60,000 nucleotides of DNA from contig NC_087438.1 of assembly GCF_036321535.1 (NCBI RefSeq), positions 11,782,001 through 11,842,000 of the forward strand, given 5' to 3'. The notes beneath the pieces are model-generated. The model was given only the letters and a program-made list of their open reading frames with translations. It made no database searches and was not told where the DNA came from. Of this stretch, positions 1-12,179 are shown one piece after another; position 1 is the first letter of the stretch, and each line of letters starts with the position of its first letter. The position numbers and the translations under genes are program-made. This DNA comes from Camelus dromedarius (Eukaryota).

Positions 1-29
1 TTGCAGTAGAAAATGGGAAAAAAAATTAC

Positions 30-406
30 TGTTTGAGTTGAATTGTGTCTCCTCAAAAGATATGGTTCCAGGGCCATCTTGGAAGATGTAATTAAGTGAA
101 GCATCTCAAAATGAGATTATTCTGGATTAACTGGATGACCCCTAAATCCAATAATAAATGTCCTTACAAGAAGAAAGAAACACACAGACACAGGGGAGAA
201 GGCTATAAGAAGATGGAGGTGGACACTGGAAGGACTGCCAGCGGCCATAAGAATCCAGGAGAGGCATGGAACAGATCTGCTCTCAGAGCCCTGGAAAAGA
301 ATCGTCCCTGCCAACAGCTTGATTTCAGATTTCTCGCCCCCAGAGCTGGGAGAAAATAAATGCCTGTTGTTTTAAGCCACCCAGTTTGTGGTAGGAAACT
401 AATACA
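30..406 (+). mobile_element. MLT1 (MLT1B/C-like) ERVL-MaLR solo LTR, inserted into a hAT transposon
   Basis: Starts gttgaattgtgtc..caaaagatatg; has cctaaatccaat..gtcctta and aataaatgcctgttgttttaagccacccagtttgtggta; ends aactaataca. Confidence 0.85.
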
Positions 407-830
407 GTCCTGAATCAGTACTTTTTATTACAAAAAATATATTCTTTGAAAAAGGACAAAAGATTTGTGCCTACATATTGATCTATCACAGTCATGAATA
501 ATAGCAAAACAGTTTCTATTTTCAAACCTTGATTTTGCAAATTTTGTCAATGACTTCATCATATCGATCTTCATGCATCCATATTCCAAACACAGCATAA
601 TCAGATCTGTCCATCTTTTCTCAAACATAGTTAATTGAATCACACTTTTTATTTATTTTCTTTTAGAAGGGTGTCTTTCACATTAAGCCACAGACCTATA
701 AGTAGTTAGAAAAAGTCTTAAATGCAAGAATAAGCTTGGTACAGATCCATTAAAATCCTATTTCACAATAAATTCCAGAAACCACAATGCTCTCCATGTC
801 TTTGCTATCCTTTCTATCAGCTTTTAAATG
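407..830 (-). mobile_element. hAT-Tip100 (Zaphod-like) transposase 3' fragment, degenerate; continues at 1-28
   Basis: Minus-strand translation across frameshifts and stops gives FLEFIVK*DF.., LRLFLT.., DEVIDK, resembling the hAT C-terminal dimerisation domain; the following untranslated sequence resumes on the other side of the MLT1. Confidence 0.65.
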
Positions 831-1435
831 TCTCCCCTTCACCAAAAAATAAATAAATAAATAACAGAAATAAAAACTCCAAGTGGTCACATAGGGAGGC
901 AGAATTACAGTATCTCAAGTTTCATCAGGGCTCTCACTGTTCACTTTGAATCTATTTACACACAAGAGCACGCGATACCAGAGGGGTAGAAGACACCAAC
1001 CTTACACCTGCAGAGAGCCCCAGCAATTCCTGAAGCTTTACTCCAAAAGGAATGTGAGACTCCAAGTCTTGTCTGTGGTGCAAGCTGACTGTATAACTGA
1101 ATTCTCCAATTTGGAGAATACATTTGTCGTTCAAGGAGAGAGAATTTAAGTGTGCTAATCTGAAGCACCTTTTAACAGTGGTAAGCACAGCAAATGTTTA
1201 GATCTTACACCAAGACCACATTTGGGGTGGGGAGGAATAATAGATGATCTCTGACGTGGGTTGGAGTTGGCGATGCGTGGTGATAACATAGAGCAGACCA
1301 ACCTTTAGTCCAGCGCGATTACTGTTTACAAGTTCTCTGTGGGCAATGTACACTCTGATTTCCTGCACCCTGAGTGGACCTCTCCCAATCCCCATCTTTG
1401 GCCATTGTCAGAAAGGGTAAGAAAAAGATGGACGT

Positions 1436-1745
1436 TGGATTCATTCCCTAGGGCTTGCTATAACGAAGTGTCACCAACTGGGTGGCTTAAAACAACAGAA
1501 ATTGCCTCCCTCCGATCTCTGCCTCTGTCCTCACACGGTGCTCTCCCCATGTGTCTGTGCTTGCGTCCAGGTTTTCCTCTTTTCACAAGGACAACGGTCA
1601 TTTTGGACTAAGTCCCACTGTAGGACCTCATCTTAACTCAGTTATATCTGCCAAGACCCTACTGCCAAATAAGGTCACATTCCCAGGTTCCAGGGGTTAG
1701 GATTTCAACATATGTTTCGGAGGGGACACAATTCAACACACAACA
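1436..1745 (-). mobile_element. MLT1 solo LTR with internal deletion
   Basis: ctgggtggcttaaaacaacagaaatt ... aaataaggtcacatt ... ggttaggatttcaacatatg..ggggacacaattcaac. Confidence 0.85.
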
Positions 1746-1989
1746 GAAGTTGACAATTTCTCAGCGCTTACTAACTGTGAAGCAGTTTGCTTTCTGTTTG
1801 GTGGAGAGATCACCTGGAGTAGCTTCTTACTGACCCTGCAGATGATTCATTGAGACGATAGCAATTCCTTTTTAGTGGCAATATACTCACGGGTGTACAT
1901 CCTTTTTTATACCTATGTAAGAAAGATGTTTAAAAAAAAACCTTGAATTTGGATTTCTTTAAGCCATTTAAAAAAGAGTCATGAAATTT

Positions 1990-2540
1990 TGTCTCATTCA
2001 TTAACATATTTTCTTTTTCCTGAAGGTTCTTCTTTTTATTCCTATGTTATTGAAAATGCTTCTAAATCGCTTCCAACACTTTGCTTTATGCCAGTGTTCT
2101 GATTTTTTACCACATATATTTATCATTTTCCCTCTAAACTTTAATTTTTTGGATAATTTCTAGTCTTTTAAAAGTTACCAATAATTCATTTTTTAACTTA
2201 ATCAAACTTTCTCATATATTTTTACTTCTCCATAAAGCCTTAGGTAATTAAAATAATTTTTTTTCTTGTCTAGCTTATCAAAAGTTTGGGAGGCCATTTG
2301 GCCTAAGTTATGACATTTTGTAAAACCCTTCCCTTCCTTCATATATAAATTTGTTATCCTTTTATACCTTGCTTCTCAATACCTCTTAAAGTCTCTGAAC
2401 ATCCTTATCTCTTTTCCCTCTTCCTCCTATTTTTTAATATAGAAACCTTGTCCATACTGTGTTGGATTCAGTATTATATAGATATTTATGTCCCTCAATT
2501 TTTCTTACTATTTCATCATTTTAGTCCCTATGTCCTTAAC
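1990..2540 (-). mobile_element. Possible very old L1ME/HAL1-like fragment
   Basis: T-rich strand bias and weak resemblance to old L1 sequence; heavily decayed. Confidence 0.3.
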
Positions 2541-3070
2541 ACTAAGAACTGGAGGGTCCCCCAGCCAGAGAGAAGGCAGTCCATTCTGAGCATGGCTGTC
2601 TGCCAAGAGACCCCTGACTTCATCACATGATAAAAATAATATTACTGTCAGTTTATGGATATGTAATTTACACGCTGAATACTGCCTTAAATGTTTGAGG
2701 AAGCTTATAGAGAAATCAGATATTCAGTAATCACACTTACTGAGACAAAAAAAAAACCTTTTGAGAAGTTTATCATGTGGATTCTTACTTGAATGACTTC
2801 AGATGTTTGCTTAGATAACAATTTTAAAGAAGATGAAGTGTTTTGCATGCCTGTACTTATGGTTCAACCCCACCCTCAACCCCCACTTGAAATGAACATA
2901 TAAAACTGTAATTAATTGAAGGCCTTTCTAGCTGGAACAATCAGATTTAACTCAGAGATGAAGCTTTTTCATGATCTAACATGGTGCAGGGTCTGAGAAT
3001 AAGAACCCAGGAATCTGGGTGGCCCCTGTCTGGACTTCTGGAGAATTGAAGGCACTGAGAGTAAAGATCA

Positions 3071-3504
3071 GTGTCCCAGCAGGAAACAGAACTCATCCTG
3101 GTTGAGTCAAATGCAAGGCTCTCATGAAGGGACTTCTCGCAGAGTTACGGGAAGGGTTGAGAAAGGGGCAGGAGCAGGAAGTCTTCTCAGTCCTAAGACT
3201 GGAGGGCGAGGGTAGGAATGAGTGTTGCAGGAGCCCAGTAAGAGTTGGAACCTTGGAGGAAGGACCATGCTGTGGTCATGGAGGGAGTCAGGCACTGAGA
3301 GGGGCTCCTGAGGAATGGACGCACTGCCCTGTCTCTCCTTCCACCATCTGCGTCTCTTCCAGTGCTTCTTCTTGGCCAAACCCAACTGGAAGGGCAAAGG
3401 AGCCCCGGGGATGTAGTCCACAGGGACCAGTCTCTCAGAAAAATCAGGACAGAGGAGGCTAGAGGACACCTCTGAGGGGACAAACGGAGACTAGCCAGCT
3501 GACA
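3071..3504. mobile_element. Old ERVL-type LTR (LTR16/LTR33-like)
   Basis: tcccagcaggaaacaga start; ttggccaaacccaactggaagggcaaaggagccc..atgtagtcca; ends ggggacaaacggaga..gctgaca. Confidence 0.6.
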
Positions 3505-4019
3505 CTGAACCAGCTGGTTAGCAGGAGCCCTAAACTGGCTTCCACTTGTTCGTCTGTGGACTGGCACCACCTTGGATTGCCTAGCCATGGCAATGGAAGC
3601 TGAATACATTAAAATTTTGAGCCAAGTTTAATTTCACACTGTGAAATTCACATTATTTAGAATTACTGAAAAACAGAAACCAAGAGTGAATAAAATACAC
3701 ATAAGGACTTGACCCACATCAGAGCCACTTTCAGAGGTCTCTGGGTGGTGGTGTGCATTTTTTTTTTAACTTAACTGGTGTCATCACTGATGGTTATCTG
3801 ATGGAAATGTACTTCTGATTACGTATTCCACCTCTGAAAACCATGTGAACACTATCAGGCAATTTTCAAAGTGGATTATCTTATTTTATCTAACCAGATC
3901 CTCACAAAATGGGTGGGAGTTCAGTAAAACAAGTAAGCAGAGGAATAGAAACCTCTGGTAGGAGGTCAACCCTTCAAATGCCTGGCTGTGCGCACTGTGC
4001 CCAAATCCCTGAAAGGAGG

Positions 4020-4110
4020 GGGAAGTCGCTCAAGGTCATACAGTTAGCAAAAGACGAAACCAAAATTAGCAACCAAGTCAGCCTACTCTCAGGCTCTTTC
4101 CATTACACTA
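4020..4110 (-). mobile_element. MIR fragment
   Basis: gctcaaggtcatacagttag..aaccaagtcagcctactc..gctctttccattacac core. Confidence 0.6.
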
Positions 4111-5349
4111 CACCCATTTTAAAGAGAATTACATCGGCTCAGCGATGCCATCCATCATATCAAAATCGACATAGGAAGAGATGGAGCCCAGAGAGGAAGC
4201 CTTACTTACCTAGTGCCACTTAGCGCACTGCATCCAGCAAAAACGGCCACCAGGAAAGACATGGGCTGGATATGCAGGAAGAGGGCAGCCAGCTCAGAAG
4301 ACTAGCCAGGAGGCTCTAAATGGGAAGGGCCCCTTTCTCCCTAATTACTGACCACATTGACCTCGGGTACTACAGGCAATGTGGCCAGTGGGGTTACTTT
4401 TGTCCTCAGGCGCAGTGGGACCTTTTCCAGAATTCCCTCTTTTGGGGAAGGCCATCGAGTTCACTCCAAGGTCATGGTCCCAAGGGAAATCAAACAGGCG
4501 ATGGAGGAATTATGTCCCCCGTTTATGCTGCTGAAGTGAACTGTGACCTAAGATGACACCATGATGTCCAAAATGAAAAAAAGAACAGGATTTTACATGC
4601 TAATGAAGAGATAGCATAAGACATGCAAAACGAGGAAGAGAAAATAACGTTACCATGAAGACCTAGAAGTAAATAAAAACCAGAGGCCCTGAAGAATGCT
4701 TGCCATAGTGTAAATATCATGTCCTTTCATGCAACTGTCAACTTCAAAACAGATTGCTATGGAAAGGCCAGTGTGGTGAACAACTGTATTTTCTGCTGGG
4801 GCCATTTGTCACCGTGTGTCCAAGACCTGATTAGGCTGACACCACAAGCAAATACATGGTACATTGGAGGGTGCTTTAAAATAAGACTATATTATATGTT
4901 ATTTCAAATAGATGGTCTCTGCTTTCAGTATATGTTTATTCAAATTCTATGTGATCTGTGAATAAACTTTGGATTGCTGCTTTAAACAAAGAACTATTAC
5001 CAAATACATCAGTGAGGATCTAGTTCCACTTTTCTTCCCAATGGTAATCAATATTTTTAAACGAAGGGCCCCTTCATTTTTTTACAGTCCCTAGTGCCTC
5101 ATAGGAAGAGGAAATACAGCTGAATTTTACAAATATATCAATTTCACACATACTGCATTTTTGTAAATGGAATTTATCTATGAATCACCTAGTAGTCACA
5201 GAATAAAAGTGGAATGAAAGAGCTAGGAGATCGGAATGGTTTTCTATCACAGTAGAACTGGACGTGGGGGTTAAACAGGACATGTGTTAATTAGGAAATT
5301 GCAAGAGAGTCTTGGAGGTTGGAGGGGCAACTTTTGACCCCTCGGTGAG

Positions 5350-5940
5350 CTAAGGAGGCACATGGCAGCAGCCAGAGGGAAAGTGAAGCTGACTGTTTGC
5401 ACATGCAATCAAAGGAAAGCACACGCCTAGAACACTCATTTTCATCAGTGGGTCCCCATGTGCCGTGTGCGTATGTGTAGACGATTTATTACTATCGTCA
5501 CTATATATAACTTCAGTCCGCCTGAGCCAGGAAAGAACAGCTGTCTCCCGAAACAATGTGCCTCTGAGGAGTCTCTAAGCACGTCTAGGAGCAAGGCAAG
5601 GCAACCAAGCCTGATTAACAGGATAACGTTCAACAGCAGTGGAGGCAAAGGGGAGGGGGGAGGGGAGGGGGGTACCTTCACACCTAAAATCAGGCTGGCG
5701 TCATTCATGGGGATTACAGAGCCCTGTAATCACACTGGTAGCTGTTTACTGTCATGATTACTTATTCTAATGAGGAAATTAAAAAGTTCTCTGTTATAGC
5801 ACATATCTGGTTGTGCAGCAGTAAATCATGTCATGTGCCTAATACACGGAGTACGCGGCTGGCCCTCAGGCATTTGTCTAACGTACAAACACAGCAGGCA
5901 TTAAAACTCGGATTATCGGTGTCCTCCTGAGAGGCATCGC
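5350..5940. promoter_or_regulatory. Candidate conserved non-coding element / enhancer
   Basis: Repeat-free, about 17 CpGs in ~520 bp; TCF/LEF ATCAAAG, inverted GATTACAG-N4-CTGTAATC, FOX TGTTTAC, G-run tract. Confidence 0.45.
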
Positions 5941-6028
5941 CCAGGGAGGTTATAGCTTTATTCCAGTGAGTCCCTCCAGAACTTCTGAACTCCTCTTTGG
6001 GGGAGTTTGTCAGTCTTTCAAGAGTTCA

Positions 6029-6075
6029 TCTCTCTCTCACACATACACAAACACACAAACACACACACATACATG
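6029..6075. repeat. (CT)n(CA)n imperfect microsatellite
   Basis: tctctctctcacacatacacaaacacacaaacacacacacat. Confidence 0.85.
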
Positions 6076-6199
6076 TGCATACGAAAGCCACCTGATTAGA
6101 ATATGGTGATCCTAGAACCTGGTGAGGGGATTATTTTTTTCCAAATGTATATTATCTAAGTTTGCCCGTCATCACCCAATAGTAGTTGACCCCTTTTTC

Positions 6200-6615
6200 T
6201 GTAGTAATAACTCCCCTGATATTTAGCTGGTACATAATAGATGACCGCAGAGCATTAAGGACAAACATGTCTGCTGCCCGCACAGCCAGGTAGGCACGGT
6301 CAGGTGACCAGGTTCTGGCCAATGGGGTATTAGTGGAGACAACACGCAACCTCTGAGTTAACGGTTTAAAGGCAAGGGATGGGCTCTGCCTCTCCCCCAG
6401 CTCTTTGCTTGCTGAATGATGCATCTTGAAACAACCAAAGGGTGTTGTAGGGATGACAGATCAACAAGACAGAAGGTGCCTGGGCCTGGGGACTCTGCAG
6501 AGCTGAACCATGACACCAGCCCAGACTCAGGTGAGACAAAAATAAACTGTCTTGTCTAAGATGTGGTTATTTTGGCTCTGAGTCACTGAAGGACAAATGG
6601 AATTCCTAACTAACA
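6200..6615 (+). mobile_element. Old MaLR/ERVL LTR (MLT1J-like)
   Basis: gtgaccaggttctggccaatgg; acaagacagaaggtgcctggg; gagacaaaaataaactgtcttgtctaag; ends cctaactaaca. Confidence 0.65.
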
Positions 6616-6832
6616 GAGTTTTGTTTAAAAAAAAAAAAAAAACCTGGATCTATCCTCACAGTAAAACAGCCTGCCACTGTGATCACAAGTATCCAAAGGT
6701 GCAGCAATTCTCAAAGAGACGCGGCAGGAAACAGCTCAGCCTTGAATTACGTTCTCTGGCTTCCGTGGGAGAACAGCGATCATGTGGAAAGGTCCATGTC
6801 AGAGTGTGTTTAAGAAGAATCAGTTGCGTTCC

Positions 6833-7025
6833 TTTTTTATTGAAGTATAGCTGATTTGCAATATAGTGTTAGTTTCAGGTATACAGAGAAGTGATTCAGT
6901 TACGTTTTTATTCAGATCATATTCCATTATAGGTTATTACGAGATATCGAATATAGCTCCCTGTGCTACACAGTAAATCCTTGTTGCTTATCTATTTTAT
7001 GTATAGTTGTTTGTATCTGTTGATT
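6833..7025 (-). mobile_element. L1 3' end (artiodactyl-type), 5' truncated
   Basis: ttttttattgaagtatagctgattt..caatat..gtttcaggtatacag..ccctgtgctacacagtaaatccttgttg. Confidence 0.9.
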
Positions 7026-7742
7026 ACTTTTTTAACTATATAAGTATTATTACATAATTGTATAAGTACACCTCTGAGCAAATGTAGATCAACAGTGTAA
7101 TGCATGTCTGGTCACACTTGCCCGAGAATGCCTGTCATCACCAAATCAGGTAGATGGGAATTCAAGTCATCTCCATTGGATTGGTAAGGAAGCCCAAGGA
7201 ATTTCAGGATTTTCGTCATAATTACATAAAAATCTCTTTAAATTTCCATTAGAATATATTGAGCCTCCATAGGCTAGTAAACCTACTAGAAAGTAAGCAA
7301 TCTCTATTGCCCCATAAATCATTATGAGTGTTAGTATCCTCTTCCGACCGTCTGTTTAAGCAACTGAAAGTGGAATTCCAGTTTCCAGTAAAGATTTACT
7401 ATTTGAAAACCTGGGGAGCCCTGGGAGCAGGGCTGACAGTAAGGGGGTCTGTGGTGGTGAGACCTGGCCAGGTGGCGACAGTCAGCGTCTCCTCCAGTAT
7501 CAGGTATAGATTGAGGTCCTAGACCCAGCAGCCATGAGGTGTTCCCGGTACTTCCTGTACCTACTGTTGTCCAAAGGGTTTTACTCCCGTCCCGGCTGCT
7601 GGGAACACGGGGTGAATGACAAGGAGCCCTCGGGTGAGCACTCCCTTTCTACTCTAGGCAACAAAGGTGGGAGAGAAGCCAGCTAGGCAAGGTGACAGAG
7701 GCAAGGTCTGCAGGGGAACCGTCTGTCAGACCAGGAGTAAAT

Positions 7743-8187
7743 TATAACAGAGGAGAACAAATCTGACTCTGTATTGGATTTGTTCCCTTGGCTTTGACCA
7801 CTGTGCCCTGTTTCCTAGACTTAGTCTTGCTAGCTCTGCACTCACGCAAACATAACAAATTGCAGGACAGAGAATAACATTTGTTTTGCTGGAGGTTTTG
7901 CAGGAGCTCCATGACCTGGCTCACATGGACAGCTGCTGGAACAAAGAATTCCTACACCAAGAAGTTTGCAACAACCGCCCACACCTCCTCCCCTGTGCTT
8001 TGTTTGTTTGTTTGTTTGTATAAAAGGAGCCTGTTCTCCCAGATGGTTGGTTCTCCAAGGCATTGCTGTGCCATCCTCTTGGTCTGCCGGCTTTCCAAAT
8101 AAAGTTGCTCTTCCTTGCCCCAATACCTCATCTCCCGATTTATTGGCCTGTCATGCGGCAAGCAGAACGAGTTTGGACTCAGCAACA
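7743..8187 (+). mobile_element. ERV1-class solo LTR
   Basis: Starts t(a)taacagaggagaacaaatctgactc; TATAAAA ~8019; AATAAA ~8098; ends gagtttggactcagcaaca. Confidence 0.75.
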
Positions 8188-8679
8188 GATCAGAGCTTGA
8201 ACAGAAAGGAGGGAACTTCCAAGGCAGAAATCTTGGAGAAAAAGAGAGTTCTGCACGGGAGAAACAGACTCAGTGAGGAAGAGAGAGAGCAAATCAGAAG
8301 CCAGCACACAGAGACGGAGCAGGAAGGGGACTACAAACACGTCCAGACCAGGCTTTTAGGACCCAGTGGAGACCACTCAAAGGCCACACAGAGATGGCTG
8401 CAGAATTCTGGGCAGGAGGGATGTTTAAACATCGAGCAGGGTCTGAGGCCCTCTTTTTCCTACTCCTTCTCCTCAGTCAATACTGAAGCTCCTTTCTTCC
8501 TCCTGGGCTGCATGGACATTGATGGCCATCCTCTGGGAGTGAGGACCGAGGCAAACAGCATCACAGCGAGAGGAGTTTGGTGAGGTTTGCTTGTTTACAT
8601 TTTTATTTGCTTTTGTTTGCTTATTTATTTGGAGGTGTCAAGAAAATTCAGTCTATGTCCTGAATGTTTTTTTGTCATG

Positions 8680-8855
8680 GTTGTTTATACTTTGTAGTGT
8701 GGAAACTTTCAAACACAAGCGAAAGCAGAGAAAATAGCATGTTTTCAGTGATAGCACTTCTGTTTCATCCATAATCACCACCACCATCCCACCCCTGGAT
8801 TACTATAAAGCAAATTTTTGGCAATCGTATAACTTCATGCAGAAGTACTTCTGTC
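8680..8855 (-). mobile_element. Old L1 (L1ME/MC-like) 3' fragment
   Basis: ggaaactttcaaacaca..agagaaaatag..ctggattactataaagcaaat..aacttcat..agtacttc. Confidence 0.55.
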
Positions 8856-9921
8856 TAATATAAAAGCTAGACAGTGAGTTTTAGCTTGTGATGAGGAGCC
8901 CGTTTCTCCTGTTCTTTGCAAAAAGTACCATTTCGATCCTACTCATCAAAAGGACAAATGATTAATGTATGTCTCTCCCTTGCTCTCTTTTTTCTGCCTC
9001 AGAATAAATTCAAGCATGATAAATTTCTTAACTCTCCTCCTGTCGACCCTGGAAAGTCTACCAGTTGCTCAAATGGAGTTAGGAAGGAGTAGTGTTATAT
9101 CAGTTCCTTTGAAAACACAAGGAGTTCTCTTTCATACTTGGTTTAAAAAAAAAAAGGTAAATTCTCACACTAGAAGTCCAACACTTCACTTTAGCCAGGG
9201 TAGGTCAGTATAACACAATTACCCAGACCCCTTCACATGTGCATATAGGTCCCAGCATGAGTCTCCAAGTTTATTCCCTGTCCATCAGCCCTTCTGGCAC
9301 ATAGTCTTCAAGGTCATGGTTCTTAAATGCCATGCTCACCATGTCACTGCTCTCCCTCAGGAACCCATCTGGCTCCCTATTACTTAATAATCTTCTATCT
9401 GACTGCTTTTATGAAAGAATCTCCACCACTTGTGATTCTGTTCTTATCCATTCATGTCTCTGCCTCTCCTTTCCAACCAGGTCAAGCTCTTAAATGCAGT
9501 AGTTGCAATGTCTGCCCTTTCTTTGCCACTTTTCCCCTGTGGTTCAATTTTTTTTCCCTTTGGGTACAGATTTTCCTGCCTGGATGTCATTGTATCCATT
9601 TGGGTGCAATTTTTCCCTCTTGGATGAGATCAGATAGCAAGGCAAAAAAATTCACCAAATTTTTTTTTAATAAGGAATAATACAGGTCATTTGTTCTCTG
9701 GGGTACCAAAACATGGCTACTGTCAAATTAAAAGCACCAATGAGTGGAATTCAGATTTTTTAATTGGATTGAAGCAAAGAGTAATGTCTACTTTACTTGC
9801 TAACCTTATTATAGCAAGTATTTGCCTTATAGAATTAAGAGTTTTGTGAAACATGATTTGACATAAAGAAAGTGACACTGCACGGTGATAACGGAGTGTT
9901 ATGTGAAAATGAGTCTTAGAT

Positions 9922-10414
9922 TTATTCATTCACTCAGTAAATTCTTACTGAAATCTATTATGTTCCAAGCACTGAGGCCTCATTCTAGGTCCTAAGGATG
10001 TATTAGCAAACAAAGTAGACTAAGTCCATATTGTCACATAACTAAAAATCTAGAGGATGATACCGAACATGAACAATTAAGCAAAGAAGTACATAACGTA
10101 ATTTCAGGTGACAGTGATTGCTATGAATCAAAATCATCCAAGATTAAGAGAAAGAGATCAATGCGTGAGGTGACTCTTCTATCTAAGGTGTTCAAGAAAG
10201 TGACGTTGGAGGAGAGACCTGAAAAATTCTATAAGAACAAGCTCTTTAAAGCCCTTTTAGAAGAGTGTTCCCATGGAGGGAGTAAAAAGTACATATCCCT
10301 GGGTGAGAATGTAGCGATCAACAGGAAAGCCAGTGCAGGTGGACTGGAATAAGCAGAGAAGAAAACTGGTAGGTGCTCATTGAGACGGGCACAGGCCAGA
10401 TCACGTAGGGCTTT
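9922..10414 (-). mobile_element. L2 3' fragment
   Basis: attcattcactcagtaaattcttactga..tatgttccaagcactg tail; ggccagatcacgtagggctt. Confidence 0.75.
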
Positions 10415-10417
10415 ATA

Positions 10418-11062
10418 TTCCTCAAAAGACTAAAAATAGACTTACCATATGACCCAGCAATCCCACTTCTGAGTATATATCCAGAAGGAATCCTAATTCA
10501 AAAAGACACCTGCACCCCAATGATCATAGATGCACTATTTACAATAGCCAAGACATGGAAGCAACCTAAATGTCCATTGACAGATGACTGGATAAAGAAG
10601 CTGTGGTATATTTATATAATGGAATATTACTCAGCCATAAATATGTCAATATAATGCCATTTGTAGCAACATGGATGTCCTTGGAGAATGTCATTCTAAG
10701 TGAAGTAAGCCAGAAAGAGAAAGAAAATTACCGTTCAATATCACTTATATGTGGAATCCAAAAAAAAGACAAATGAACTTATATATAAAACAGAAACAGA
10801 CTCACAAACATAGAATACAGACTTGTGCTTGCCAGGGAAGAGAGGGGTGGAAAGGGATAAACTGGGAGTTCAAGATTTGCAGATACTGACTGGCATATAT
10901 AAAATAGATAAACAAGTTTATACTGTATAGCACAGGGAAATATATTCAACATCCTGTAGTAGCTCATGGTGAAAATGAATATATGTCTATTCATGTATGA
11001 CTAAAGAATTGAGCTATACACCAGAAATTGACATAACATTGTAAACTGACTATAACTCAACA
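10418..11062 (+). mobile_element. Camelid-type L1, ORF2 C-terminus plus 3' UTR
   Basis: ccatatgacccagcaatcccacttctg, aatagccaagacatggaagcaacctaaatgtcc, ends acattgtaaactgactata. Confidence 0.92.
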
Positions 11063-11067
11063 AAGAG

Positions 11068-11558
11068 GACAATGCACAACCTAAAAGTTAGAATTACATT
11101 TTATTCAGCAGACTTTCTGAGGACTTCAAGCCTGGGAGATAGCTCTGAAGGACTGCTCTGAAGAGGTAAGGAAGGAGCCAGGATATATAGGATTTTTGTG
11201 ACAAAGACCAGGTATTTGGAACATCAAAAGATTAGTGTTAATTTAAAAAAACCAGACATCTCAAGTTAATGAATTTAACATTTTTCTATATATGGGAAGA
11301 TGCAAGAGTCTGGGCTCATGAAATCACTCCTTTGATATGCACTTAGCTGTCTAGGGCCAGTCTCCTGTTCTTTCCCATCCTGAGTCCTCTCTGGGTGCAG
11401 GACTGGGAGTGGCTGTGGCGGCTGAGGGCTTGGCAGCAGGCAGCCTATTTGTCTCCATCCTGAGTTCCCTCAGGGCTCACCGTCAGGGGCAGTGGTAGTG
11501 TCTTGATGGCTGCAGCATCCTTTGTTTGCTGATGTGGCAGGCAACACTTTTCATCTAT
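11068..11558 (-). mobile_element. Cetartiodactyl ERV1-type LTR
   Basis: aatgcacaacctaaaagttaga..ttttatt; atgggaagatgcaagagtctgggctca; internal duplicated ccatcctgagt unit. Confidence 0.75.
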
Positions 11559-11559
11559 G

Positions 11560-11815
11560 GCTGCATGTGTAAAATACACATAAAGTTTCAGATACTTGGT
11601 ATGAAAAAAATGTAAAAAATATCATTAATATTTATGTTTATCATTTGTTGAAATGATAATATTTGGGATACACTGGGTCAAATAAAATATGCCACTAAAA
11701 TTAATTTCACTTGTTTCTTTTCACATTTTTAATGTGGCTACTTTAATATTTAAAGTTACACATAAGGCTTGCAGTTGTGACTCAGACTTTATTTCTAACA
11801 GACTACATTGTTCTC
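11560..11815 (-). mobile_element. MER33-like hAT-Charlie element, one end missing
   Basis: gtgtaaaatacac..gttgaaatgataatatttgggata..ttaatttcacttgtttcttt..tttttaatgtggctact. Confidence 0.8.
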
Positions 11816-12179
11816 AAGGAGTGGCTGTGGTGGGGTTGGGGAAAAGATCTCTGGAAGGAAAGCTAAAGTAGTGAGATGCCAAGGGTTGGATAGATCACAT
11901 AAATGAATGTCAAGATCACTATGAACAGTGTTGGTAAAAAAGACTATGAACCAGGGAATAAAAACCTCAGTGAATGAGGGTGTGGTCAGGATGTCGATCA
12001 CTAAGTACAACCTGGAAAATTAGCAAGTGATGGAGTCTGATGAGGGCCTTAGAGATTTTTGAGGGAGAAGAGACATTGTCTTGAAGTGGCAGTGAGGAGT
12101 GGAAAGTCTCCTACCTTACCTCCAGGCCATGTGGTGCATACATGGTATGTATCTCTTTTTTTTTAAAGCACCATATGAG

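Noticed and set aside
7966..8583. Longest ORF (205 aa)
   Set aside because: Begins at a non-ATG codon inside an LTR, crosses a (TTTG)n tract, and resembles no protein I recognise
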